Source: Mobula hypostoma
Lineage: Eukaryota
DNA: 64,000 nucleotides
Assembly: GCF_963921235.1 (NCBI RefSeq)
Contig: NC_086108.1
Span: 9,920,001 to 9,984,000, forward strand
Reading direction: 5' to 3'
Shown here one piece after another: positions 12,370 to 24,623 of this stretch. The translations under genes and the position numbers were made by a program. Positions within the stretch are counted from its first letter, which is position 1. Every line of letters starts with the position of its first letter. Under the pieces are notes generated by a model. It did not search any database and was not told the origin of the DNA. It saw nothing but the letters and a program-made list of their open reading frames with translations.

Positions 12370-12797
12370 TACCAACCCTAGAACCATTTGGGAACTCAGT
12401 AAATGTTGAGTGAATCTTTTTCTTGGGGTTGAAATGTCTAATACCAGGGGGCATGTATTTAAGGTGAGCGGGGGTAATTTCAGAGGAGATGTGAGGGGTA
12501 AGTTTTTGACAGAGAGAGTGGAGGGGTGACTGGAGTGGTGGTCAGGGCAGAGACATTGGGGACAAAGGAGATGTGAGGGGTAAGTTTTTGACAGAGAGAG
12601 TGGGGGGGGGTGACTGGAATGCACTGCCTGGGGTGGTGGTTGGGGCAGAGACATTGGGAACTTCTAAGAGTCATTTAGATAGGCACACAAATATGTGGAA
12701 AAAGGGTGTTGGCAGAGGAGATTAGCATTTGATTAATAATTTAATTGGTTCAGCACAACACTGTGGGCTGAAGGGCCTGTTCCTGTGCTGTACGGTT
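12370..12797 (+). mobile_element. CR1 3' fragment with an internal duplication
   Basis: RGH.FKV and FLTERV-type remnants and a gggctgaagggcctgttcctgtgctgt 3' end. Confidence 0.75.
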
Positions 12798-12813
12798 CCT
12801 TAAGGTAGTTTTA

Positions 12814-13378
12814 GCCGGGGGTACTAGTGGAGATAAGCTCCCTCTACCTATTAAATGCTCCCAATGGCGTGAGTCTCAAACAGCCTCTGACACCCAAGTC
12901 CAGCTCCTGGCCTTCACATATTGCCTCTAACCCTGGTGGAACTGTCTCCACTGACAGGAGAGGGGGCAAAGGTGTGTTACAGGTGGCTTAAAACCAGTCA
13001 CTTCGGGCAGATGGGGCTCGTCAGCCGTGATTGGCAGCTTATCTTGGAGAAGGAAAACTCTGATCTCAAACCTCTACGGCCTTGAGGTTAAACTGACTCA
13101 CAGGGGAAGGCTTCGGGATTAAACCCCGAAGGAAAAATCTGGAACTGGAGTCCATAAGGCAGTTCTGCATCCAGTTCCACGCTGACTGGCAACTCCTGCG
13201 ATGCTGCTCGTACCAAATTGTATCAGTCTCTCCCTTACTTTTGTGTTCATTCAACACATGGAGAGGGGGAGCTTGCCACATGGACTACAGCTTGCTCTCT
13301 GTATTGTACTGCCCAGGCTTGTGTATCTAGACAGCTAGGACACTACATCCATGGTCGACCCTGACCGACAGAGGCCTC
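12814..13378 (+). mobile_element. Non-coding interspersed repeat, clade unassigned; second copy split at 29749-29948 and 33081-33440
   Basis: Collinear homology between copies (acctattaaatgc, aaaaccagtc.ctt.gggcaga, ggagaaggaaaactctgatc, gctgactggcaactcctgcg). Confidence 0.7.
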
Positions 13379-13383
13379 TGAAT

Positions 13384-13505
13384 GGTTCTGTGTTCTGCAT
13401 TTCATGTTCTGTGTTCTGCGTTCCATGTTCTGTGTTCCAGGTTCTGCGTTTTATGTTCTGCATTCCATGTTCTGTGTTCTGTGTTTTATGTTCTGTATTC
13501 TATAT
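13384..13505. repeat. Degenerate 7-mer repeat (tgttctg/ttccatg)
   Basis: Direct inspection. Confidence 0.8.
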
Positions 13506-14837
13506 TCTATAAAAATATCCATTTCAGATCTACCGCTACCCCTTGCCTCTTTTTATGCCCTAGTTTTCGATTTAGTTCATTTCTTGATTTCCTTTATCGT
13601 ACTTAATTCACAAGTCTCTTATTCAGACTGGAATAAAATTCTGTTTAATATCAGTCACAACTCACCCTGTGAACTTGTCTCCAGTCTCCACCTTAGTCCA
13701 CTCTGGACAAGTCCACCTCTGTACCTTTGTAATTGCCCTGATTTATGTTGAGGGCATTGTTCATCATATGGTTTAGCATGGATGAGATGGGCCAAAGGGC
13801 CTGTTTCTGTGCTGTATTCTTCTATGACTCTGCGACACTGGTTTTGGCCCTAAGGTGCTTGCCCTCAATCTCCATCACGTTGTGATCATCACCTCGAAGT
13901 GGGGGGTCATTTGCCATAGTGTCTCTTATGAATCTTGCCTCAGTACTCAGGACCTGTTGAAAGATAGATTGTTCCTGGGCAATTAACTGCCCGGCGAAAG
14001 AAATTCCTTATGCTCTCCACTAACTCCTCTTCCATGTACTCCTGTCAGTTCAATTCATCCAATCATGGCAATTCCTGGTAATCAACATGCAGATTACTGA
14101 TGATAATTATGGTTTCCTTCTTGCATGCCTTTAACGTTTCCCCATTTAGCTATCTATCTATCTATTAATCTACATATCTATCTATCTACAGGATCTATCT
14201 ATTGATCTGCCTATCTAATCTATGATCTATCTATTTATTCATCCATCTATCAATCTACTTTTTCCATTTATTTATATGTTTGTTTGTTCATTTGTTTACT
14301 TGTTTAGACATACAGCATGGTAACCGGCCTTTCTGGACCAACCTGCTCGTGCTGTCCAATTACACCCATATGACTGCACAGCCTCTTAAACTGGTCGGTC
14401 TTCGGGCTGTGGAAGGAAACCTGAGCACCCAGAGGAAACCCACGTGGTCACGGGGAGAAGGTACAAACTCCTTACAGGTGGAAGCAGGAATTGAACTCAG
14501 GTCTCTGGTACTGTAATAGTGTTACTACTGTACCACCCCACATCATTATTATCGGACACAACATCCGGAGGGCCCGTAGACCACCGTCCTCACTCCTGAT
14601 TCCACATCAGGAACAACTGCACCTTCAGCACTGCTCAGCACAGCGCTAACAGCAAGGCAAGTGCACACGCAACATAAAAACTTGCCACAGCGTCACAGGC
14701 AACATACAGAACTTAAAATTATACAGGAATCAGGATCTGGATCAGGTTTAATATCAACGGCATATGTCGTGAAATTTGTTGTTTGCAGCAGCAGTAAAAT
14801 GCAATACGTAATAATCAAAACTGAAAATTACAACTAT

Positions 14838-14983
14838 TATACACACACACAAACACACACACACACACATACACAAACACACAAACACATACACACAAAC
14901 AAACACACAAACAAACACACACACACACACACAAACACACAAACACATACACACACACACACACACACAAACAAACACACAAA

Positions 14984-15039
<56 letters not shown>

Positions 15040-15048
15040 CACACACAC
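14838..15048. repeat. (CA)n microsatellite with AAAC interruptions
   Basis: Direct inspection. Confidence 0.95.
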
Positions 15049-15104
15049 AAGTTGTAATTTGTAGTTTATATGTACTCTATAGAGAATAGCAGGGTGGCAC
15101 AGAC

Positions 15105-15316
15105 ACGGGATCAGGTGGTGGATGGTTGTATGAGCAGCCGGTGCAGATCACACGTCCTGGTTATGTGACCACTGACGCCAGGCAGACAATCTCTGAAGAG
15201 TATTGATAATGGCTGGAGTCACCTGCAAGCCACTTCTGTAGAAAAATTTGCCAAGACAATTACGATCTTGGAAAGACCGTGATCACCCACATCACAAGAC
15301 ATGGCACATAATGATC
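15105..15316 (+). mobile_element. 5'-truncated copy of RTE-tail non-autonomous family B
   Basis: Matches 26696-27035 and the reverse complements of 23263-23674 and 42841-43236. Confidence 0.75.
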
Positions 15317-15859
15317 GATATTTAAATTTAATTAAAAGAGAGCAAAAACATTTGTAGATAAAGAGAGGTGAAGAAGTGATCATGGGTTCAATGTCCATTC
15401 ATCATTCTGATGGCAGTGGGGAGAAAGCTGTTCCTAAACGTGCCTTCAGGCTCCTGTACCTCCTCCCTCCTGCCAGCAATAAGAAGAGGGCATGCCCTGG
15501 GTGGTGGGGGTCCTTAATAATGGATGCCTCCTTTATATAGAAGTCGGTGAAGAGAGAAAGAAGATCAAAAGCTGTGGAAAACTAGACCTCAGGGCAATAC
15601 AAGCAAGTTGTCACAGTGGTGCAAGTGGTGGTCCACGGTGTTCCTTTGCTGAGGTAGGATTAGGATTGGTTTACGAACCTGACCAGTGTAACCACCCTCT
15701 CTGCATCTCCTTTTGGAACGTTGGAATATTGAGTTTCCAGGGTCACCTGGCAACAAGTCTCTGTGATGGCTGCAAAATGAAACACATTTATTTCTATTTG
15801 TGTACCCAGTGCAAATGCTGCCAGCATTCAGATAAATGCCTTCATACAGTTTTTACTCA

Positions 15860-18505
15860 TACAGTCATAGAGTACAGCACAGAAGCAGGCCCTTCAGCCC
15901 ATCTAGTCCATTCTGAACTACTATTGCACCTAGTCCTATCAACCTGCACCCAACCATAAACCTTCATACCCCTCACATCCCCGTACCTATCCAAAGTTGC
16001 AATCAAACCCACATCTCGTTCCGCACTCTCACTACTGTCTGAGTGAAGAGATTTCTCCTCATGTTCCCCTTAAATATTTCACCTTTCACCCTAAAACTAT
16101 GACAAGAAAAACGCCTTTTCCAGTGCCCGCAGGAGAGTCCAGAATAAACTGTGTAAAATGCAAGATGCCTGGCTGAGCGCCAAGGCAGATGAAATACAGG
16201 GATACGCTGACGGAAATGACCTGAAATGATTCTATGAAGCTCTCAACACTCTCTATGGACCTCAGTCTCTTGGGAGCTCCCCCCTCCTGAGTATAGATGG
16301 TACAACTCTCATTACAGAGAAGGCTCAGATCATGCAGAGATGGGCTGAACACTTTGAAGCCGTCCTCAATCAATCACCATCTATTAACGATGAGGTGATA
16401 GACAGGATTCCCCAGGTCAACATCAACAGCGCCATGGATGACCCACCAGTAATAGCCGAAGTCACGAAAGCTGTCAGCCATCTATCCAGTGGCAAAGCCC
16501 CAGGGGCAGACGCCATACCTGCAGAGATCTACAAAGCCAGTGGTCCCGTACTTATAGAGAAGCTCACTGAGTTGTTCCAGTCTTTTTGGAAGCAAGGATC
16601 CATTCCTCAGGAACTTAAAGCTGCATCCATCGTACACCTCTACAAGAGGAAGGGTAATCAACAAGTATGTGACAACCAGCGAGGAATCTCGCTGCTCTCC
16701 ATTGCAGGAAAAACCCTTGCAAGAGTCCTACTAAATCGTCTGGTCACTCATCTGGAGCTGGGCCTGTTGCCAGAGTTGCAGTGTGGCTTTCGCAAAGGTC
16801 GTGGGACTATTGACATGATTTTTGCCGCGCGCCAACTTAAGGAGAAGTGTCAGGAGCAGAATCGCGAACTCTAAGCAACTTTTGTTGACTTCACAAAAGC
16901 CTTCGACACTGTCTGCCAACAAGGCATGTGGAGGATCATGTCAACGTTCGGCTGCCCCACCAAATTCATTCAGGTGTTATGCCAGTTCCATGATGGCATG
17001 ATGGCCAGAGTGCTGGACGGCAGAGAATCCTCTGAGACATTCCCAGTCACCAATGGTGTCAAACAGGGCTGTGTGCTCGCACCCACACTGTTCAGCATGA
17101 TGTTTTCTGCCATGCTGAATGATGCCTTCCAGGATAGTGATGCTGGAATCAGCCTCAAGTACAGAGTGGATGGGAAGCTCTTCAACCTGAGGAGACTTCA
17201 AGCCATTACCAAAGTGAAGGAGACTGTTCTGAGAGACTTCCTCTTTGCCGATGACTGCGCCCTGTATGCTGGCTCGGAGCCAGAGATGCAAGTCAATATG
17301 AACAAATTCTCCACGGCTTGTGACAATTTTGGACTCACCATCAACATCAAAAAGACCGAAGTCACGCACCAGCCTGCCCCTCATGCACCGTACACAGAAC
17401 CCAAAATCACAGTCAAAGGACAGAAACTGCAGGCAGTGGACCAGTTTACTTACCTTGGCAGCACCCTCTCCCGAGCAGTGACTATTGATACAGAAGTTAA
17501 CTGCAGAATAGCAAATGCAAGTTCTGCTTTCGGTAGACTGCGCTCCACTGTATGGGAACGTCGAGGAATCAGTCCAGCAACAAAACTGAAGGTCTACAGA
17601 GCCGTGGTACTCACTACCCTCCTGTATGCCTGTGAAACGTGGACTGTGTATGGAAGGCATGCAAGACAGCTCAACCATTTCCACATGACTTGTCTTTGCA
17701 GAATATTAGGCATCAGATGGCAAGACAAAGTACCAGACACTGAAGTTCTCTCTAGAGCAAGTCTGCCATCAGTCCACACGCTGCTGATGAGAGCACAGAC
17801 CCGGTGGGCAGGTCATGTCATCCACATGCTGGACGAGCGCATACCCAAGCAGCTCCTTTTTGTGGAACTCTCTGCTTGAAGACGCTCGCATGGAGGGCAG
17901 AAGAAACGTTACAAAGACACACTAATGGCCTCCCTGAAGTCATTTGACATAGACATGACCTCCTGGGAAATGCTGGCACAAAACCGCCCTGCCTGGCGCG
18001 GTCTCATCCACAAGGGCCGTCAGGCACATTGCTGAAACACAACGTGAGCGCGAGCTGCGCAAGTACAGAGCCACCAGCGCAACAACTGCAGTGCCTACAC
18101 ATGTCTGCCCAACATGTGCCAGGACATTCGGTGCCTGAATTGGCCTGACCAGTCATCTTCGGACACACCGCATCCAGTCTCAAAGTGACTAATGTTGTCG
18201 AGGTCTTCATCGACGACAACGGACGAACCATCATGACCTCTAGTTCTAGTCTCATCCAACTTCAGTGGAAAAAGCCTGCTTGCATTTACCCTATCTATAC
18301 ACCTATCTATAATTTTGTATACCTCTATTAAATCTCCCCTCGTACTCCTACGCTCCAGGAAATAGAGTCCTAACTTATTCAATTTTTCCCAATATCTCAG
18401 GTCCTCCAGTCCCAACAATATCCTTGTAAATTTTTCTCTGTACTCTTTCAACCTTATTTACATCTTTCCTGTAGGTAGTTGGCCAAACCTGCACACAATA
18501 CTCCT
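15860..18505 (-). mobile_element. CR1 3' fragment split by an RTE insertion (15860-16103 and 18233-18505)
   Basis: cacctttcaccctaaaactatgac continues as ctctagttctag after the RTE; RGDLIEVYKI on the minus strand. Confidence 0.85.
16104..18232 (+). mobile_element. RTE-clade LINE, 5'-truncated, with a few stops
   Basis: KAPGADAIPAE, QCGFRKGRGTIDMIF, GVKQGCVLAPTLF, LFADD, a C-terminal CPTC...HLRTH zinc finger, and TSD ATGAC (16099-16103, 18233-18237). Confidence 0.95.
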
Positions 18506-18954
18506 TACAGCAGCGACAGGAATCGAACTCAGGTTGCTGGTGCTGTTATAGAGTTACACTAATCGCTGCACTGTCCTGCCACTCTGACTTGGACTTGTGC
18601 CTTTCCCCACCAGTTAGTAAAACGTGTCTATGACCCTGTCGAGCAACACCACCAACGGGATTTGGCCACATCAGTGAGATCAGAATTCATGCGAAGAGTC
18701 TGAAGCATTGTTAAAGGATCTCAACCACCTATTCATTCCTTTCTCCCAATCTCCTTGACCCACGACCATCAGGAAGGAGGTACAGGAGCATCAGGACTAG
18801 GACTGCCAGAGTGGGTAACAGCCTCTTCTCTCAGGACTAATGAATACCCTGCCACCACTGAGGTCTCATCACGAGGACAGTGAGCCGTTTACTGTTTATG
18901 GTTTGCCTGTGCTGTGCATAACATTCACGTTGAATTAAGTGTCACAGAATAGAT

Positions 18955-19221
18955 GTTGATGACGATGACATCGACTCAGGCCTGAGGGGCCAGCGTCGGC
19001 CATTTTCATGCCTTACAAGGCGCGGATCCGAAGGCTGTCTGGGGCACCACTCCTCGCACAGACAGTTCGCAGTATTTTTCTTTATTTTACGCGGTCGAGT
19101 TGCGAGCTCAACACTCAACCCGGCACGGATGGAAAGCGTACTCGGGAACAGCCCGACTGGCTTCGAACCCGGGAACCTCCATTCCGGAGTCCGGCGCTGA
19201 TGTCACTGCGTCACCAGCCGA
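18955..19221 (-). mobile_element. tRNA-derived SINE
   Basis: Minus strand A-box-like TGACGCAGTGA, B box GGTTCGAAGCC, and a short (CAT)-type tail. Confidence 0.8.
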
Positions 19222-19229
19222 CGGAATAG

Positions 19230-19795
19230 AATAAGCACAAAAAAACAGGCACTTAGTCCCACCTAGTCCATGCGGAACCATTTAACCTGCCTGTTCCCAT
19301 GGACCTGCACCTGGACTGCAGCCCTCTGTACCCCTCCCATCCATGTACCTATCCAAGCTTCTCTCAAACGTTGACATCAAACCCATATCCACCACTTGGC
19401 ACTGGCAGTTTGTCCCACACTCTCACCACCCTCTGAGTGAAGAAGTTTACCCTTATGTTCCCAACAAGCATTTCACCTTTCACCCTTAACCCGTGACATC
19501 TGGTTGTAGCCTCACCCAACGTCAGTGGAAAAAACCTGCTGCCATTTACCCTCACCATACCCCTCAGAATTTTGTAACGTATCTTCCTTAATATATCTGC
19601 CTCTACCATCACCCCAGTAATGCGTTCCACACACCCACCACTTTCTGGGTTAAAAATTTACTTCTGTCATTCCCCCCCCCCCGTACTTTACTCCAACCAC
19701 CTTAAAATGAAACCTCCCTCATAATAGCTATTTTGGCCCTGGGAGAAAGTCTCTGGCTGTTTACTCGATCTCTCCTTCCTATTACTTTGTACACT
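19230..19795 (-). mobile_element. Two adjacent CR1 3' fragments
   Basis: FFTQRVVRVW-type remnants. Confidence 0.7.
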
Positions 19796-20254
19796 TTTCT
19801 CATCGTCTCTCTTTTGCCTCTTTTTTAATCTCTTCTCTGAACCTGTCACTGCTAACACCACCTCCTCTGCACCAACTGGTGTCTCTAAAACCCTTGAGGA
19901 ACATAGGTGGATGATTGACAGTGGCTAGGTACAGACAAGTCAGCCGTTTCACACACCGCAAAGCAGCAGGAGACACAAATTTGTTCTGTGCTCGAGCATA
20001 TCTGAACCTTCCAACGTGATGCAGCTCCCTGCAATTCTCTCTCTGGCTCGACACTCCCAGTACCAGACCTCTCCGATTGATTGCTGCTCATTTCCTGAGT
20101 TTATCCTCAGGTCAGGAATTAAAGTAAGTCAGGGGGTTTACTCCAGACTTATAGTTTCTCCTCCACTTTTGAGCTGAGTTCACTCCACGTGAGCCAGATC
20201 TAGTTGCTGTATTGATGGGTTGTTAACATTAGTGTGGGCAACCCATGTCAAATG

Positions 20255-20571
20255 TTTTAAATGGTTCCATTCAATGTATGAAAATGTATACAGCATGCCA
20301 CCTGAAATTCCTCTTCGCAGGCATCCACGAAACAGGGAAAAAACCCAAAGAATGAATGACTAAAATGTTAGAACACCAAAGACCCCTCTCCCCTTCCCAC
20401 ACACAAGCAACAGAAAAAGTATTAACCCTCCCCCTTTCCTTTCCCCACCTGTTCCAGCAAAAGCATCAATTCTCCCCACCACCCACCATGCAAGCAATAG
20501 AAAAGCCCCCAAAACACCATCAAAAGCTACAGTCCATCCCAACGCTTCGACCCATCAGACTCTCTCTCACT

Positions 20572-20612
<41 letters not shown>

Positions 20613-21610
20613 ACTCCTGCATCTGCGAGGGGGAGACCAACAGCTTGCTGTTTTGATGTTACCGTCTTCTGCGTTGCTTCTCCAAGCCCCCAACCCGAGG
20701 TCCAACGACTCTCATACTCCATCAAAAGAGGAAGAGAGAAAGGGAGGGAGGGGGGAGAGAGAGGGGGGAGGGGGAGAGAGAGGGGGAGGGGGAGTTGTGG
20801 GGGAGAGAGAAGGGGGAGGGGAGAGGGGGAGGGGGAGTTGTGGGGAGAGAGAGGGGGAGGGGGAGAGGGGGAGGGGGAGTTGTGGGGGAGAGAGAAGGGG
20901 GAGGGGGAGAGGGGGAGGGGGAGTTGTGGGGAGAGAGAGGGGGAGGGGAGAAAGAGGGGGAGGAGAGAGAGGGGGAGAGGGGAGGGGGAGAGGGGAGGGG
21001 GGAGAGAGAGAGGAGAGGGGAGGGGGCAGGGGGAGAGAGAGGGAAGAGGGGGGAAAGGGGAGAGGGGGAGTTGTGGGGGAGAGAGGGGGAGGGGAGAGGG
21101 AAGAGGGGGGAGAGGGGGGAAAGGGGGAGAGGGGAGAGGGGAGGGGGAGAGGGGGAGAGGGGAGGGGGAGAGGGAGGAAGGGGGAGAGAGGGGGAGGGAG
21201 AGAGAGAGAGGGGAAGAGAGGAAGAGGGGGAGAGGGAGAGAGAGAGAGGGGGAAGAGAGAGGGGGGGAGAGCGGAGAGGGGGCAGGGGAGAGAGAGGGAG
21301 AGAGGGGGAGAGAGGAAGAGGGTGAGAGGGAGAGGGGTGCTCAAGTACAGGGGCCTTCCGACAGCAATGTACACCACCGGCTGTCTCGATGTTTCAAACT
21401 CCTATGATGTTTCAGCCAGCGGCATTGGTGAGGAATTGGGACGTCCATGCGGCCACACCCCAAAGGCACAGGTCTTCCAGGCTGCTGTCGAAATTCCAGG
21501 CCACACGGCGATTCCGGGAATGAAAACCCATCACCCGTGGAGAGCTGTAGTCTGACCTACAGCTGTAGATCACAGACTCCAACAGGATCCTAGGCACCTT
21601 GAAATGAAAA
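20255..21610 (-). mobile_element. Non-coding LINE-tail repeat containing microsatellites (related to 60965-62620)
   Basis: Shares gccacctgaaatt...cgcag.catcc.cgaaa and cccaaagaatgaatg with 61018-61085. Confidence 0.55.
20725..21337. repeat. Polypurine G/A-rich low-complexity tract
   Basis: About 610 bp almost entirely G/A, with repeated gggggagttgtgggg; a (GA)n run lies at 20574-20610. Confidence 0.95.
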
Positions 21611-22240
21611 GAAAGGCGTGGGAAAAGTTTCCTCGCTGGCTGCTGTACGTGATGTGGTAACGTGTGTGGAGTCACCGGTTTTGGTGCCTTGAAATGCAAA
21701 GGCTTGGGATAAAGGCACTTGGCCTATCAGTCCTGTTCTGGGTCTTTGAAGCACTCTACAACTCAGGTTCTCGGTGTTAGTTCTTCACAACTTTTCTATT
21801 ATTTGCTAAGTTTGTCTTCTTTTGGGTGGCATGGCTAGCATCACACTGTTACAGTGCTAGCAACTAGACTTCAATTCCACCACTCTCTGTAAGGAGTTTG
21901 TACGTTCTCTGTGACTGCGTGGGTTTCCTCCAGGTGCTCTGGTTTCCTCCCTCAGCCCAAAGAAGGGTTGAGTTGTTCTCTAATCTTGGTAATTTACTTG
22001 CAAATGTTTCATCAGCATGAAAGAGATATCATCAGTGCACTGTTGATGGTGGTATGCCCTCTGAATGCGTGGCCTTTAGATACTTTTCAATCAGCTGATT
22101 GGACACCATTTTGGAAACTCAGTTTGTGATGGGGGAAGGAAATCTTGTCGCTGATTGGCCGTGTGGCAAACGTCATGGGTTGTGGTCGGGAATTTTGCCC
22201 ACATTGGCTCGAAAATAGGATTAAGTCCATTTTATTTCCA

Positions 22241-22922
22241 AAGTTCAAAGTTCAAAGTGCAACCTTCAGATTCGTCTCCTTACAGGCAGCCACTAAACAA
22301 AGAAACTGGAAAGAGCCCATTAAAAATGACAAACACTCAATGTGCAGAGAAAAAAACAAATCATGCAAACAATAAAATTAAGCAAATAGTATTTAGAATG
22401 GAAGTGAGTCCAAAGACACGGAGCCCAGAGCAGCCGGAGGAAGCCTACCCTCACCTCTGCTCCTGATACCCTGCCTTTTCAATCCATCTGACCTGGTGGT
22501 TAAATTGCTCAAACATTGGGTTGTTCTTCGCACCAGGAACTGGGCCTTGTCACGTTGATACACCCTGGGCCTGCCTCCTGCCGCCATGCTTTGGTCCATA
22601 CCTGACCTTTCCAAGTCAGCCCGGTGCTTAGATTGAGCCAACCTCGCCCTCGGTTCAGGTGGACGGGCCTCGAATCTGTCTCTCCTCCGGTCAGACCTCT
22701 CTCCACTCCACCAGCTCCGACTCCATTTTGAAACGCCTCAACCTCTCTCCGACTCTGTCTCGCATCGGCACGCTTCGGCCCTCAACTCAGCCTTGCCTTC
22801 TCTCACCTCTTTGTTTCTGGTGATTTTTGTTGCAGAAAGTGTTATTAATAAAGTATTTAGTTGTATTCCTTGCTTTGGGAACTGGTAGTAAGCTGTTGCT
22901 CACCCTCAGCATTGCCATCTTA
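22241..22922 (-). mobile_element. Non-coding retroposon with AAGATGGC head and (tttgaac)n tail
   Basis: Plus strand gccatctt at ~22914-22921 and aagttcaaagttcaaag at 22241. Confidence 0.55.
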
Positions 22923-23262
22923 ACTGAAATGACTGCAAGAAAATGAATGTCAGAGTAGAACATGGTGACTTTGATAATAAATGTTCATTGAACTTTGGAT
23001 CCAACTGCTCCCACATCACCGTTTTGTCTTCCCTAATTCCCCTCTCTTCATTTTGTCGGTCGGAATGTGATGAGAGAAAGGAGGGGTTAGCATAGTTCAG
23101 TGCAGAGCTAGCAGGCCGAGGGTCAGTCTCTGTGTTGTTTGACCCAATGACCCTTGTGCTGAGGGATACACCCTTTTTGCTCCTCGATGATTTGCCTGAA
23201 GACATGCAGTGGGCATTGAATGAATTATGTTGGGAAACCATTCAGCTGCACCAGCTGTAGGG

Positions 23263-23674
23263 ATCATCATTACGTGCCATGTCGTATGACATCATCATTA
23301 TGTGCCATGTTGTGTGACATGGGTGATCACGGTCTTTCTATGACCATGATTGTTCTTGGCAAATCTTTCTACAGAAGTAGTTTGCCATTGCCTTCTTCTG
23401 GGTAGTGTCTTTATAAGATGGGTGACCCCAGCCATTATCAATACTCTTCAGAGATTGTCTGCCTGGTGTCAGTGGTCACATAACCAGGACTTGTGATCTG
23501 CACCAGCTGCTCATACGACCATCTACCACCTGCCCTCATGGCTTCACGTGACCCTGATTGGGGTGGGAGAGGGATAAGCAGGTGCTACACCTTGCCCAGG
23601 GTGACCTGCAGGTTAGCAGAGGGAAGGAGCACCTCACACCTCCTTTGGTAGAGATGTAACTACACCTCGCCACC
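23263..23674 (-). mobile_element. RTE-tail non-autonomous family B, full length
   Basis: Four copies in the window; 3' end accgtgatcacccatgtc...ggcac followed by (TGA)n. Confidence 0.75.
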
Positions 23675-23844
23675 TGAATATAAAAATTCACCTGGAAGGA
23701 GCAACAGGAGACCATAAGACATAGGAGTATTAGGCCATTCAGCCTGTCAAGTCTGCTCCGCCACTCCATCATGGCTAATTTATTATCCCCCTCAACCCCA
23801 TTCTCCTGCCTTCTCCCTGTAACCTTTGACATGCTTAAAAAACA

Positions 23845-24490
23845 AGAATACTGTGCTCAGTTCTGGTTGTCTCATTACAGGAAGGATGTGGAAGCTTTAG
23901 AGAGGGTGCAGAGGAGACTCACCAGGATGCTGCCTGGATTAGAGAGCTTGTCTTATGAGGAGAATCTAAGTGAGTTGAGGCTTTTCTCTGTGGAGTGAAG
24001 GGCGATGAAAGATGACTTGATAGAGATGTACAAGTTGTTATGAGGCATAGGTCCTGCTGCCTGTAACGAGTTTGCACGCTCTCCCCGTGACTGCATGGGT
24101 TTTACTCCGGGTGCCCTGATTTCCTCACGCAGTCCAAAGACGTACTGGTTGCTAGGTCAATCGGTCATCATAAATTGCCCCATGATTTAAATTGGAGGAT
24201 TGCTGGGTGGCGTGACTTGAAGGACCGGAAGATCCTATTCCATGCCTTCTCTCAATAAAAAAATCAGCTGGAGACTTTTGTCTCCAGGACAGAAATGGCT
24301 AATACGAGGAGGCATCACTTTTGGAGAAAAGTACAAGGAGGTGTCAGAGGTAAATTCTTTACACAGGGAGTGATGGGTGTGCAGAACGCCCTGCCAGAGG
24401 TGGTGGTAGAGGCAGATACATTAGGGACATTTAAGAGACTCTTAGCTGGGCACATGGATGATCGAAAATTGGAGGGCTCTGTGGGAGGGC
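23845..24490 (+). mobile_element. CR1 3' fragment interrupted by a V-SINE
   Basis: EYCAQFW, ERVQRRLTRMLPGL and FFTQGV motifs. Confidence 0.8.
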
Positions 24491-24526
24491 CAAACAGCCA
24501 GGACTGTGATGTGTTCTGTGTTCTTT

Positions 24527-24623
24527 ATTGGAAGCAGCCCATGGCAACAGAGCCGTAATTGGAGGGCGGGCTCCGTTTGCGTGTGGGTCAGCAGCCCGGA
24601 AGTTTAGCAAAGCACAGACCAAT
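24527..24623. promoter_or_regulatory. Candidate promoter/enhancer motif cluster
   Basis: ATTGG x2 (24527, 24558), CCATGGCAAC (24539), GGGCGGG (24564), CCGGAAGT (24596) and CCAAT (24619) within 100 bp of apparently unique sequence. Confidence 0.4.

Noticed and set aside
12814..12900. Ribozyme fold at the G-rich 5' end of the unassigned repeat
   Set aside because: I could not assemble consistent HDV or hammerhead helices by eye.
14661..15089. His/Thr and Cys/Val ORFs here and at 43946-44363
   Set aside because: Translations of CA microsatellites.
19140..19221. Possible tRNA gene (also 41350-41423 and 42690-42763)
   Set aside because: The A/B boxes run into SINE bodies and tails; no full cloverleaf or terminator is evident.
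20356..21555. 399-aa Gly/Glu/Arg-rich ORF and its Pro-rich antisense ORF
   Set aside because: Translation of the polypurine tract.
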